A model generated the notes under the pieces. The model searched no databases and was not told the origin of the DNA. It was given only the letters and a program-made list of their open reading frames with translations. A stretch of 64,000 nucleotides of DNA from Scenedesmus sp. PABB004. Its lineage: Eukaryota. The stretch is taken from NCBI GenBank assembly GCA_014905635.1, contig JABVCE010000008.1:124001-188000 (forward strand). Direction: 5' to 3'. Position numbers and translations under genes: made by a program. Positions 22,122-34,442 of the stretch are shown here, one piece after another (within the stretch, counting starts at the first letter, position 1; each line of letters begins with the position of its first letter).

Positions 22122-22850
22122 GGTTTGAGGCGTGTGCTGGCCGGCTGTGTGTGCTCGCGGCCGGTGCTGGCCGGCGGCGGCGGCCGGGCGCGTCGCTGCC
22201 GCGGCAGCCGGGCGGGCGGCGAGCCGCGCGGTGCCGCGGCGGTTGTGGAAAGCTTGTCCGCCCTCTCCTCAGTCGCCCCGCACTCGCTGGCGGCCCCCGG
22301 CGCGCCGCACACTGCACGGCGCTCGTTCCCCCCACTTTGCTTGTTGACCCGCGGGCCCGGCCGCCCCCGCCCGCCAGCGTGCACGGTCAGCTTGACGAGG
22401 CTCAGAAACACCCGGAGCGGCCGGCACTGAGCGCGCAGAGCCGTGGGTGCGCGGGACGGGGTGGGGGGCCATCATTCACGCTGCCGGGCGCGCGCTGGCG
22501 GGCGCCTGGCGACGCCGCGTGGGAGCGGCCGTGCTCCCCGGCCGTGGCTGCCCCCAGGCAGCCACGGCACGCAACCGCGAGGTCGCTGCTGAGCGCAGCG
22601 CGCCGCCGCCGCTGCTCTCGCTCGCAGGCGCCCGCGGCCCATGCCTGTTCGCCGCAACTCCCGCAGCGCGCGGGGGCCCAGCTCCAGCCGCAGCAGCCGG
22701 CGCTGAGCGCGGCGGCGCCGCGCGCGTCCGCAGCGAGCGCGCAGGCGTCGCGCGCGGCAGCCAGCCCCCGCGCCGCGGCGGCGCCCGCACCAGCAGCGGC
22801 GGCGCCAGCGGCGGTGCCAGCAGCAGCTCCAGCAGCGGCGGCGGGGCGCG

Positions 22851-25717
22851 ATGGAGATTTACTACCAGTACGCGCGCCCGCGGCGCCAGTTTGGGCGGCA
22901 CCCGCGCTTTGTCGACGAGGGCGCCGAGATGGTGGCCGACATCCGGCCCAACGAAGACCATGCGCGCGAGTGCGTGCCGCGCAACCCCGTGACGACCGGC
23001 GCGCAGTGCGTGCCCGAGATGAGCGAGCACGAGGCCAACACGCTCGCGCTCACCTACGCGCACAAGGCCGTGTCGCACACCGAGGGCGGCTGGCCCAAGG
23101 ACGTCGACCACACCGAGGCGGAGCACACCATCCGGTGCGCCCGCAGCGCGGCCTGCTGCGCTGGGTGGCGCGCGCGCCCGGCCGCCGCCCGCCCCGCGCG
23201 CCGCGCACCGCCCACGCCGCTGTCCCTCTGTCGTCCCTCCGCGCCCCTCGCCGCGCCCGCCAGGTTCCGCAAGAAGGTCGAGAAGGACGAGGACTACATC
23301 CGCACCGTGGTCGCGCTCGGCGCGTCGATCGAGGGCCTCGTCAAGCAGGCGCGCAAGCGCGCGCTCCCTTGCACGCACCCGTCACATGCCTGCGGCGCTC
23401 CGCCTCACGCGCGCCGCCGCCTGCCGCGCACACCGCCGCCTCACGCCGCCTTGCACCCGCGCTGCCGCCGCCGCCGCTGCCTGCTGCCGCGGTCAGAACA
23501 ACGCGATCGACATCTACGAGGAGTACTTTGTCGGCTACGCGGCCGACCACAGCGGCGAGCCCCCGAGCGCGCGCAGCCTGACGGTGCTCAAGGACCCCGC
23601 GCCGGCGCCGCGCCCCGTCGCGCACGTCGCGTGGCTGCCCGACGGCGGCGGCCGCGCGGTCGTGTGCTACGGCAGCACCGCGTTCCAGGCGGCGCCGAGC
23701 CCCGGCGTGAGCACGTCGTCGTACGTGTGGGACCTGGCCAACCCGACCGCGCCCGACGCGGAGCTCGCGCCGAGCAGCGCGCTGCTGGTGTCGCGCTTCA
23801 ACGCCAAGGACGGCGCCCTGCTCGGCGGCGGGCAGTACAACGGCCAGTTTGCGGTGTTCGACACGCGCAAGGGCGCGGCGCCCGTCGACGTGACGCCCAT
23901 GGACGTCTCGCACACGTGCGCGCCCGCGCGCCCCGCGCGCCCGCGCGCGCCGCCGCCGCCCCGCGGCGCTGCCCGCGCTCGCGCGCTTGGCCCTCCCTGC
24001 CCCCCTCACTCCCCGCGCGCGCGCGGCGGGTGCGCAGCGACCCCATCTTTGACTTTGCGTGGCTGCAGTCCAAGTCGGGGGCGGAGGCGATGAGCGTGTC
24101 GACAGACGGCAGCGTGCTCTGGTGGGACATCCGCAAGCTCAGCGAGGCGGTGGAGGCCATGCCGCTGCGGTGCGCACGCGTGCGCCCATGCGCACGCGCC
24201 ATCGCAGCGCAGCCGCAGCGTCAGCCCGGCCGCAGCGCTGACCGGCCGACCGCACGCGCCCCGCGCCCCGCGCCCGGGCGCGCAGGGAGAAGGGCGGCGA
24301 CGCGCTGCTGGGCGGCGTGAGCCTCGAGTACGACCCAGCGGCGGGGCCGGCCAAGTTCATGGTCGGCTGCGAGTCGGGCACCGTGCTGAGCTGCAACCGC
24401 AAGGCCAAGCAGCCCGCCGACCGCGTGACCGCGAGCTACGGCGGGCACCACGGCCCCGTGTACGGCCTGCGCAGGTGACGCCCGCGCCGGCCGGGGGCGC
24501 AGTGCGCGCGGCGCGGCGCGAGCCCCGGCTGGCTGGCCGCCCGCCCCCTGATCAGCTCCGCTGACGCCGGCGCCCCGCTCACCGCCGCCGCCGCTGCGCC
24601 GCCGCCCCGCGCTGCGTGTGCGCGCGTGCCGCCGCCCGCCCGCCCGCCCGCCCGCCTCCCCGGCAGGCACCCGTTCTTCCCCAAGTACTTCCTCAGCGTC
24701 GGCGACTGGACGGCGCGCATCTGGAACGAGGACGTGCGCGCGCCGCTGCTCGTCACGCCGCACAGCCGCGCGTACCTCACCGCGGGCTCGTGGAGCCCGA
24801 GCCGGCCGGGCGTGTTCTTCACCGCCCACAGCGACGGCCTGCTGAGCGCGTGGGACGTGTTCCACAAGCACAACGCGCCCAGCCTTACGGTGAGGAGGGC
24901 GCGGCGGGGGCGGCTCCGACCCAGAGCGGGCGCGGCCCGCGGCGGCGGCCGGGGCGCGAGCGCCTGCGCGCGCGCGCAGCGCGCGCCGCGGCGCCCGCCC
25001 ACCAGCCGGACTCGCCGCGCGGCGCCGCGCAGGTGCAAGTGAGCGACCAGGCGCTGACCGCGTTTGCGATCCAGGACGGCGGCGGCGTCGTGGCCGCGGG
25101 CTCCGCGGACGGGCGCTGCGCGGTGCTCGCGCTGAGCGCGTCGCTCGTGGAGGCGGGTCAGAACGAGAAGCAGGGCATCGGCGCCATGCTGGAGCGGGAG
25201 ACCCTGCGGTGCGGCGGAGGCGGTGTGGCGGCCCGGGCCAGCGGCAGCACCCGCGGCGGCGGGGCAGCCGGCGCCCGGGCGGCCTGGCGGGGGGCGAGCG
25301 CGCGCGCTCCCCCGCGCGCGGGCGCGGGCGCGGGCTGCCGGCTGAGCGCGCGGCGCGTGGCGCGCGGGGCGCAGGGAGAAGAACTTTGAGAAGGCGGCCA
25401 AGGAGGCCAAGGTCAAGGCGCGGCGCGAGGCGGCGCGGCACTCGGAGCTGCCCGACGGCGTGACGGACGACGACCTCGCCGAGCTGGAGGACGCGTTTGC
25501 GGCGCAGGCCGGCCTGGAGCCGGGCCCGGGGGTGCGCCTGCTGGCGGCGCGCAGCGGCGCGCGGCGGGGCAGCGCGGGCGGCGAGCAGGCCGGCGGCGGA
25601 GGGGCTGGCGACGCGCAGCAGCTGGAGCAGCAGCCGGGGCAGCTGCAGCAGCAGCCGCAGCAGCAGCCGCAGCAGCAGCAGCCGCCGCAGGGGGGCTCGA
25701 CGAGCGCGCAGCACTGA
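22851..25717 (+). CDS. ODA6: Outer-arm dynein intermediate chain 2 (IC2/IC69, WD40)
   Basis: MEIYYQY..RQFGRHPRF, EGGWPKDVD.TEAEHTIRFRKKVEKDEDY, QNNAIDIYEEYF, HHGPVYGL.RHPFFPKYFLSVGDWTARIW, as in Chlamydomonas IC2/DNAI2. Confidence 0.95.
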
Positions 25718-25823
25718 GCGGCGGCGGCTGCGCGCCGACGGCGCGGCGCGTCGGGCGCCGCATGTTTAACAGCCGGCGCCGAGCCCGGCGCCCGCGCCCG
25801 CCGCCGCCGCGCGCGCGCGCGCG

Positions 25824-27567
25824 TCAGCCGTGCACGAGGTACGACAGCAGGTCGGCGACGACCGCGACGCTCAGGCTGTTGCCCAGCAGCGCGTACGCGG
25901 CGCGGCGGGGCATGCCCGGCGGGAAGGCAAAGCCCGGCGGGAAGGAGTGCAGGCGCGCGATCTCGAGCGGCGTGAAGTGACGCACGCCCAGCCCCGCCCA
26001 CGCGGGCCCCAGCTCCGCGAGCACCGCGTCGCTCGTGTCCTGCCGCTCCGCCACGGGGATGAACGGCTCGCCCGGCCGCACCATCACGACCGGCGCGGCC
26101 GCGCCCGGGCCGCCGCCGGTGGCGGCGCCGCAGTCGGCGCCGTCGCAGCCGCCCTCGCTGCCGCTGTCGCCGCCGCCGCTGCCGCCGCCGCTGCCGCTGT
26201 CGCCGCTGCCGCCGCCGCTGCCGCTGTCGCCGCTGCCGCCGCTGCCGCCGTCGTCGCGGCCGCCGCCGTTGCCATCGTCGCGGCCGCCGCCGGCGGCCCA
26301 GCTGGGCGTGAAGATGAGGCAGCCGCGCCCGCAGGCGAGGCGCTGGTGCCGCCAGCGCGGGTCGGCGCCGACGGGGTCGACGCTCGCGAGCAGCGCCCCC
26401 GTGCCGCGCGCGTACGCGCCGTACGACTTGGTGAAGCAGTTTAGGTTGCAGCTGGCCGCCGTGGCGACGCGCAGCACGCCCGCGTGCTTGGCGAGGTGCG
26501 CGGGCGGCACAAAGACGTGGCGCGCGTGCTCGCCGTCCGGCGGCGCCGCCTGCCCGTCTTGCTGCCGCTGGTCGGGACGCCAGCCCCACAGGCACTCGCC
26601 GACCGTCTGCACGCGCGGCACGTGCGTCCCCTGGGGGCGGCACGGGAGCGGGGTGAGCGCGTGCTGCGCGCAGCCTGCCGAGCAGCGCGCCCTGGTCGGC
26701 ACGCGGCGGCGCGGCGCTGCGCGCGAGCTTGCACACCAGGTGCCGCGCCGCCGCGTCGGCGATCGCGCCCGCGCCCGCGCCGGCGTCGCGCAGCTGTAGC
26801 AGCAGCGCCGGCGTGCACTGGCAGGGCTGCGCGTGCGGCGGCAGCTCCACCGCAAACGGCGCCCGGCTGGCGAGCGTGAAAAATCGGGGCCGCGTGTAGG
26901 GCAGCCCATACTGGCTCGGCGAGAGCACGAACGACTGCAGGTGCATCCCCAGGCCGCGCAGCACGGCCGCGAGGTGGGCGTGCGTGTCGCTGGACTCGAA
27001 GCCCACCACGTTTTCGAGCAGCACCCAGCGCGGCGGCGCCGCCATCGCCGGCAGCGCGTCGAGCAGGTTGTGCAGCGCGCGGCTGCGCGCGTCGGCCGAG
27101 CCCTGGCGCAGCCCCTGGCGCGTGTGCGGCTGGCACGGCGGCGAGAGGCACCACAGGTCGGCGCCGTAGCTGTCCAGCTGCGCCGGGGTGATGACCTCGA
27201 GGTCGAGCTGCGCGGCGCGTGGCGTGGCGTGGCGCGGCGCGTGGCGCGGCGGCGGCTGACCCGCGGCCCGCGCCGGCGCCGCGTGCGCCCGCGGCGCGCT
27301 GCGCCCGCGCGCGCACAAGGCAAGGTGAGCCATGCTCACCTTGCAGGGCGCGCGGCCAAAGTTGAGGGCGTAGACCTCTCGCGCGGGTGGGCTGACGTCA
27401 AACGCCTCGACCACGGCCGCGCCCGGCAGCGCGGCACGCACGGCGGCGTGGAGGCCACCGATGCCGCAGAAGAACTCCAGCACGCGCAGCGCCGGCGCCT
27501 GCTCGTCGTCGCCGCGCTGCGGCGGCTGCTGCCCTGGCGCCGCCCCGGCCGCCGTGTGCTGCTCCAT
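25824..27567 (-). CDS. TRDMT1: tRNA(Asp) cytosine-38 C5-methyltransferase Dnmt2
   Basis: [31 protein letters not shown], the Dnmt2-typical CFTKSY, and LLGNSLSV. Confidence 0.93.
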
Positions 27568-27813
27568 GCCCGCGCGCTGGCGTCGGCTGCGCAGGAGGGT
27601 GCAGGCGCGCCCCGCCTTGCCGGTCAGGGCGCGCCGGGGCCGCCGGGCGGCGCTGCGGGCTCGCCGGCCGGCCGGCAGCAGCGGGCGCCGCTGCTCTCTC
27701 TCGCGGCGGCGCGCGTGCGGCTCTGCTCGTGTCGCGGGCGGTGCGCGGCTGTGCACGCCGGGGGGCCTGACCCGGGAGCTCGCAGGACGCCCGCGCCGCG
27801 AGCCCCAAACCGC
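27520..27813 (-). repeat. Copy 1 of a duplicated promoter/5'UTR/start segment (upstream of Dnmt2)
   Basis: Shares blocks such as gggtgcaggcgcgccccgccttgccggtcaggg and cctgacccgggagctcgcaggacg with 30575-30897. Confidence 0.9.
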
Positions 27814-27907
27814 CGACTGCTGCCGCTGCCCGCGCGCTCGCCGGCGGCGCTGCAGCCGCTCAGCAATTCAATAAGAACAACGTTACTCCGACCACCCAGC
27901 GCCGGCG

Positions 27908-28315
27908 CTAGACCCCCGGCGGCGCGGGGGGCGGCATGCCGCCGGCCGCGCCCGCGTCGAACGAGGGCTGCGCCGAGAGCGCGCCGCTGCCGTACGCCGC
28001 GGCGACGCTGGCCTCGGCCATCGCGTCGACGTTCATGGACCGCGCGCGCGCCTCGGCGAAGAGGCGGCGCTGCAGCTCCAGCTGCGGGCGCGGCGCGGGC
28101 GGGGCCGGCGGCGGCGCGGCGCCGTCGGCGCGCCGCCGTGCAGCCGCCGCCCGCCCCCGCTGCCGCAGGCCACCCGCACCGCCCGCGCCGCCGCACCTGC
28201 TCGTCCTCGGTCATACCCTCCAGCTCGGCCTTGGTCTTGCGGTTGGCCAGCTTGGGCGCCTCTGTGGCGCGGCGGCGGCCGGCCAGGGCCGGGGTCGGCG
28301 CGGGCGCGTGCGCGT

Positions 28316-28400
<85 letters not shown>

Positions 28401-29407
28401 TGCCGCTCTCTCGCCCCGCGCGCGCGCTCGCTGTGTTGCGCTGCGCTGCGCTGTGTTGCGCTGCGCTGCGCTGTGTTGCGCTGCGCTGCGCTGCGCTGCG
28501 CTGCGCTGCGCTGCGCTGCGCTGCGCTGCGCTGCGCTGCGCTGCGCTGCGCTGCGCTGCGCTGCGCTGCGCTGCGCTGCGCTGCGCTGCGCTGCGCTGCG
28601 CTGCGCTGCGCTGCGCTGCGCTGCGCTGCGCTGCGCTGCGCTGCGCTGCGCTGCGCTGCGCTGCGCTGTGTTGCGCTGCTGCAGCGCAGCGCAACACAGC
28701 GAGCTGCGCTGTGTTGCGCTGCTGCAGCGCAGCGCAACACAGCGAGCTGTGTTGCGCAGCAGCGCAACACAGCGCAGCGCAGCGCAACACAGCGCAGCGC
28801 AGCGAGCGCCATGCCGCGCTCGCGCCCCGCCCCGCGCGCTCACGCTTGGCGTCGGCCTTGAACTGCTCGTGGTGCCGCCGCACGTCGGCGGCCCAGTCCT
28901 CAAAGCCGAGCTGCCCGAGAGCGCGCACGACGTGCTCCGGCGTGATCGTGCTCTTGCTCTCGGACGTGGCGAGGTCGTTGGCCTCGCTCGACAGCAGCTG
29001 GATGAACTCTGCGTCGCGCGCGAGCAGCGCCGGCGCGGCGTCGCGGCAGCGCGGTCGACCATGCGCGCCGGCGCCGCCGCGCGGGCGCCCGCCCGCCGCC
29101 TGCCCCGCCGTCGCCTGGTAGGGCGCCAGGCGGCGCCGCCTGGCGCCGCTGCGCGGCCTCACCGGTGCAGCAGTCCATGAGCATGTCCATGCAGTCCGCC
29201 GCGCAGCGCATGTCGGGCGGCAGCACCTCCTTGACCATCTTGGTCAGCGTCGCTGCGCCCCGCAGCGGCAACGCCGGGTGAGAGGGCGCAGGGACCAGGC
29301 GGCGCGCGCTGCCGCGTCGCCGCCCCGGGGCCGCGGCAGGCCCGCCGCTGCCGCCGCTGCTCGCGCGCCCGCGCACCTCGCGGCAGCGACACGTCGGAGT
29401 CCTCCAT
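27908..29407 (-). CDS. DR1: Negative cofactor 2 beta (Dr1-like histone-fold protein)
   Basis: MEDSDVSLPR|ATLTKMVKEVLPPDMR..CCT|EFIQLLSSEAND..TITPEHVVRALGQLGF..ELQRRLFAEARAR. Stop TAG 27908-27910. Confidence 0.93.
28296..28803. repeat. Compound intronic microsatellite: (GGCGCG)n, then about 50 x (CTGCG), then inverted copies
   Basis: Directly visible. Lies in the 582-nt NC2-beta intron 28262-28843. Confidence 0.95.
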
Positions 29408-29822
29408 CCCGCCGCGCTGCCGGGACGCGCGCCGCGTGCGCCGGGCTGCGCGGGACCGCGAAGCCCCAGGCCGGCGCGCCTCGCGGTCGGCGGGCCGCTG
29501 CGGTCGGCAGCAGCGGCGCGTGCTGCTCAGCGCGCCCAGGCGGGCGCGCAGCGCCGGTGCATGCGCTGAGCTAAGAGCGGATGGTTCAGGCAGCGGCCGT
29601 GCTGAGGCGGCCCGGCGCCGGGCGGCGGCGGCAGCAGCGGCGCGTTGTCGAGCGCGGGGGCTGGAGGGGCCGCTGGGCCGTGCCGGCGCTCGCTGCGGAG
29701 GTGATCGGCGCTGCGGGCGGGCTCGGTCTGTCGGGAGAGGGAGCGGGACCGGCTTTTCAGGGCGCGCGGCGGCGCAGCGTGCGACCGCCCGGGCGCCCGC
29801 TGCCTGCCCGCTCGCCCGCCGC

Positions 29823-30518
29823 TCAGCGGTCGCCGAAGCCCGCCGCGCCGGCGCGCCAGGCCTGCATCTGGAGCTCTCGGAAGCGCTCCTGCCGCGGCGC
29901 CTCCTCCGCCTCGAGGTGCCCGATGAGCGCCTGCGCGACGGCGCGCGCGTTGCGCGCCGCCGTGCCGCCCGGGTCGGACGCGTCGGTGAGGATCGAAACC
30001 ATGGTGTCCCGCCCCAGGCCCAGCAGCGCGCTCCTGCCAGGGCGGCGGCGGCGGCGCGCGCGCGCGTCGTGAGCGCTGGGGAAGCGCGGCGCGCGCAAAC
30101 AGAGCGCGGCGCGGGGCCCGCTCGGCGCGGCTCACTCGTGCTTGCGCACGAAGCACGCGGCCGCCGCGTCGGCCTCGCGCTTGCTGTAGGCCTTGCCCTC
30201 GTCCAGCAGGCCCTCGCGGCGCAGCATGGCGGTGACCTCGGCGCGCAGCGCCGCCTGCGGGCGCACGGCGGCCGCGGCGCCGGCGTGAGCGCGGCGACGC
30301 CGAGTGGCCGGCCGGGCGCGGCGGCGGGCGCGCGGCGCGGCGGGCGCTGCGTCACGTTTTGCTTCAGCTCCTCCGCCACGCGGCGGAAGGTGTGGTCGAC
30401 GATGCCGTTGGTGCGCAGCCGCAGCACAGCGAGCACCGCGTCGCGCACGGCGTTGCGCTCGGCCGCGGGGACGTGCGTCACGCCGGGCTGCAGCAGTGGC
30501 GGTGGTGCCTGCTGTTCC

Positions 30519-30558
<40 letters not shown>

Positions 30559-30634
30559 CTGACTCCGGCTGCACCTGCGGCAGCAGCCCCAGCGCTGCCC
30601 CGCCCGCCGAGTGCTGCTGCTGCTGCTGCTCCAT
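29823..30634 (-). CDS. Hypothetical protein, 3 exons, poly-Q N-terminus
   Basis: Splices in frame: MEQQQQQHS..VAEELKQN|AALRAEVTAML..RKHE|SALLGLGRDTMV..GFGDR*. No family recognised. Confidence 0.7.
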
Positions 30635-30897
30635 GCCGCCGTGCTGCCGCCGGCCGCCGGCTCCGGCGTCGGCTGCGCAGGCGGGTGCAGGCGCGCCCCG
30701 CCTTGCCGGTCAGGGGGCGCCGGGGCCGCTGGGCAGCGCTGCGGGCTCGGCGGGCCGGCCGGCCGCAGCACGCTGCACGTTCGGCGGCGCGTGGGCAGCG
30801 GCGTGCGGCCCTGCTCGTGTCGCGGTGTGCGGTTGTGGTCCCCGGAGAGCCTGACCCGGGAGCTCGCAGGACGTCCGCGCCGCGAGCCCCGAACCGC
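30575..30897 (-). repeat. Copy 2 of the duplicated promoter/5'UTR/start segment
   Basis: Matches 27520-27813. Contains a CTGAC branch-point-like motif and a TGCGCAG acceptor just upstream of ATGGAGCAG. Confidence 0.9.
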
Positions 30898-31011
30898 TGC
30901 GACGCCGCCGCGTCCAGGGCCCGCGCCGCCCGCCGCGGCCGCGTACAAGGCTCGCCCGCCCGCTCCGCGATCACGAGCACCGCCGTCCCCCCGCCCAGCA
31001 GCTCCCGGCAG

Positions 31012-32231
31012 ATGGGCGCGCGCCGCTGCCGCCGCCGCGCCGCTCTGCCGCTGCTGCTGCCGCTGCTCTGCCTGGCGCCGGCGCTGGCCGCCGCGCCGCT
31101 GCCGCTGCCGCTGGTGCCCTTTGATTACATCACCGGCCAGCTGGTGGACCTGGACACCGGCGCGGCGGCCTGGGCGCTCGGCGGCCTCTCGCCGTCGACC
31201 AGCTACGAAGTGCGCGTGTCGTGGCCCGCCTCGGTGAGCGCGCGGGCGGCCCTGCAGCCGCCGGCGGGGCCCGCCGCCGCACGCCGTGCAGCGCGCCACG
31301 CAGCAGCCAAGCCGCGCCGCCCGTGCGCGTGCGCCGCAGATCCCGGCGGCGATCAGCTTTGAGCTCGTGGACGGCGCCGACACAGCGAGGAGCGCCGCCG
31401 GCGCGCCCGCCAGGCGCCGCGCGGGCAGGTGCGCGGGCAGCGGCGCGCGACAGCGACGTGCGACAGCGGCCGTGCGGTGGCGGGGCGCGGCGCCCCGGCC
31501 CCGCGCACCGCCGCCGCCGGCGCCGCAGGCGGCTGCTTGACACCGAGAAGCTGGTCTTTGCCACCGACGCCGCCGCCGGCGTGCAGGCGCGCGCGCGCGC
31601 GCGGCGGGCGCTCTGCGCAGAGCACGCACGCGGGCCGTGCCGGCGCGGCGGCGGCGCGGCGGCCTGCCCACCGCGCCCGCCCGCGCGCCGGGGCGCCGCC
31701 GCGCAGGGCTTTGCGCAGCCGCTGGTGATCGTCCGCGCGGCGCGGCGCAGCGTGCACCGCGACGGCCCCAAGGGCGGCCCCAGCCAGCTGGTCTACAACA
31801 TCGGTGCGCGCTGGGCGGCCCTCAAAGGCCGCCCCCCCCCCCCCCCCCCCCCTCCCTTCCGCCCCCTTTCGAACGGCCAGCCTGTTGCACCGGGCCGCCC
31901 AGCGCCAGCTGCCGCCGCCGCCGCCGCCGCAGTGCTGGCCGAGGTGGTGCTGGGCCTGCCGACCGACATCGTGCCCGTGGTGGCAGCGGTGGTCGTCGTG
32001 TCCCTGGTGCGCCCCCGGAGCGCCGCCCGCCGGCACGCCCGCGCCGCAGCCGCCGCCCGCGGCCAGTCCGCGCCGCAGCCGTGCCGCACCGGCGAGCACG
32101 CGCGCGACTGCCCGCAGGCGGCGCTGGCGTGGTCGCTCTACTGGTCGAGCTCCCTCTTCCCCCGCGTGCTGGCGTGGGTGACGGCCGAGGGCGAGGCGCA
32201 GGCGGCGGGCGGCGCCAAGCGCGACAGCTGA
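31012..32231 (+). CDS. Signal-peptide + C-terminal TM protein, possibly PGA1-like (GPI mannosyltransferase II co-factor family)
   Basis: Hydrophobic N-terminus, YEVRVSWPAS|IPAAISFEL, RRLLDTEKLVF, C-terminal TM LPTDIVPVVAAVVVVSL. PGA1 likeness comes from remembered motif resemblance only. Confidence 0.6.
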
Positions 32232-32296
32232 GGGCGTCCGAGCTCGGTCGCTGCCGCAGCGCGCGCAGGCGGCGCAGCGTGCACAGCGCGCGAAGC

Positions 32297-34442
32297 ATGG
32301 ACGAGGCCAACCTGGCGCTCGCTGGCGGCATCGTCTCACCCTCCTACGTCGCCCAGGGCGCCGCGGCGCTGGCGGCGCGGCGGCGGCTGGTCAAGGGCCT
32401 GCTGAGCAACCGGCGCCTGCCGCCCCAGGGCTGGGACGAGGCGACCATTGAGCTGCTGCTGCAGGCGCGCCGACGTGGCCGACGCGGCGCACGGCAGCAG
32501 GGCGCCCCCGCTGCCGCCGCGGGGGTGGCCGCCCGCTCGCCGCCTCATGGCACCAGCGCTGACGTGCCGCGCCGCCGCACGTGCCGCATCGACCCGCCGC
32601 CGCCCCGGCAGGATGCAGCGCTGATGGACAGCAACACCTTCCCCGGCCAGGTGGGCATGGGCGAGCGCGAGGGGCGCATTGCCTGCCCCCTCGTCGCGCG
32701 CCGCGCCGGCCGGCTCGCGCACGGCGTCGGCCGCAGCGGCGACATCGCGGCAGAGCAGCCCAAGGCAGCAGGTGCGCGCGGGGGCCGCCAGCGGCCGCGG
32801 CGCGGCGCGCGGGACCGCCCGGCCGTCGCCACCGCCGCCGTCTGACGGCTCGCGCCCTGCACGCCGCGCGCGCCGCGCCGCGCAGGCTCGTCGCTGCTCG
32901 CCAAGCTCTCGGCGGCGCTCGCCGGGGACGCGCTGCGCCTGGCGGGCCTGGTCGAGCTGGCGCCGCCGCTCGTGCTGCCCTGCGCCACGGGCATGACGCT
33001 GACACTGGCGCTGCTCGCCGCCGCGGGCGCGCCGCCGGACGTGCGCGCCGCCGGCAGCGACGCGCCCGCCGGCGGCGCGGCCGGCAGCGGCGCGGCCGGC
33101 GCGCCTGCGGGTGAGGTGCCGGGCCCGCGCTTCGTTGTGTGGAGCCGGGTCGACCAGAAGACCTGCCTCAAGGCCATCACCGCGGCCAACCTGGTGCCGG
33201 TCGTCGTGGAGCTGCGCCGCCAGGGCGATGAGCTCGTGACCGACGTGGCCGCGCTGCGGTCCGCGGTCGAGGCGCGCGGGCCGGCCGCCGTCGCGGCCGT
33301 GGTGACGACGACGAGCTGCTTCGCGCCGCGGTGCGGAGGGGACGGCGCCGCGCCCCGCCCGCGCCGCCAGCCCGCTGCGCGCGCGCGCGCGCGCACGCGC
33401 CCACGCCGCCGCTGCCGCCTCTTCGCGGCACCGCCCCGCAGCGCTGCGGACGACGTCGTCGGTGTCGCGGCGCTGTGCGCGGAGCTGGGCGTGCCGCACG
33501 TGGTGAACAACGCGTACGGCGTCGGCGCGGCGGCGCTGGGCGCGGCGCTCACCGCCGCGGCGCGGCGGGGCCGCGTGGACGCGGTCGTGCAGAGCACCGA
33601 CAAAAACTTCATGGTTCCCGTCGGCGGCGCGCTGCTCGCGGCGCCGCGCGGGCGCGGGCGCGACTGGCTGCCGCGCGCGGTCGCGGCGGCCTACCCCGGC
33701 CGCGCGTCGGCGGGCGCGGCGGTCGACCTGCTCGTCACGCTGCTGCACTGGGGCGCGCCCGGCTGGGCGGCGGCGCTGTCGGCGCGCGAGGCGCTGCACC
33801 CCTACCTCCGGCGCCGCCTGTCCGACGCCGCGGCGGCCCTGGGCGAGCGGCTGCTGGAGACGCCGGGCAACCCCATCTCGCTCGGCCTCACGCTCGACGG
33901 CCTCGCCCGCGCCGCGGACGGCGCCAACGCCGCGGCGGCGGCTGCGCGCGGCGGCGCGGGCGCGGACGGCAAAGCCAGACAGCGCGCTGACGTGGCCTTC
34001 CTCGGCGCGATGCTCTGGGCCAGGCGCGCGCGGCTGGCGGGCGCGGCTGGCGGGCGTGGCTGGCGGGCGCGCGCGCGCGCCAGCGCCCGCGCCGCGCCGC
34101 CCGTGACGCCCGCGCCGCGCCGCGCGCGGCCCCCGCGACCCGCGCAGGAACGTGTCTGGCACGCGCGTGCTCACGCGCGGCAAGGCCGTGACCGTGGGCG
34201 GCGTGGCGTTCGCCGACTACGGCACCCACACGGCCGGCTACCCGCACGCTTACCTCACCGCCGCGGCGGCGCTCGGCGGCAGCGAGGCCGAGGTGGACGC
34301 GTTTGTGGCGCGCCTGGCGCGGTGCTACGCCGAGCTGCGCGCCAAGTGGGCGGGCCCGGGGCGCGGCCTCGCGGCCGGCGGCGCCGGCGCCGACGGCGGC
34401 GCGGAGGGGCGGGAGGGGGAGCCGGGTCCGGAGACCGCATGA
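32297..34442 (+). CDS. SEPSECS: O-phosphoseryl-tRNA(Sec) selenium transferase
   Basis: MDSNTF..GEREGR, HGVGRSGDIAAEQPKAAGSSL, RVDQKTC, TTSCFAPR, HVVNNAYG, VQSTDKNFMVPVGG, YPGRAS. Confidence 0.96.

Noticed and set aside
28033..29180. ORFs with CAALR / QRSAA repeats
   Set aside because: Translations of the intronic (CTGCG)n microsatellite.
5944..34442. YrdC, Dnmt2 and SepSecS as a tRNA-modification gene cluster
   Set aside because: Spread over 28 kb among unrelated genes, which is compatible with chance absent synteny data.
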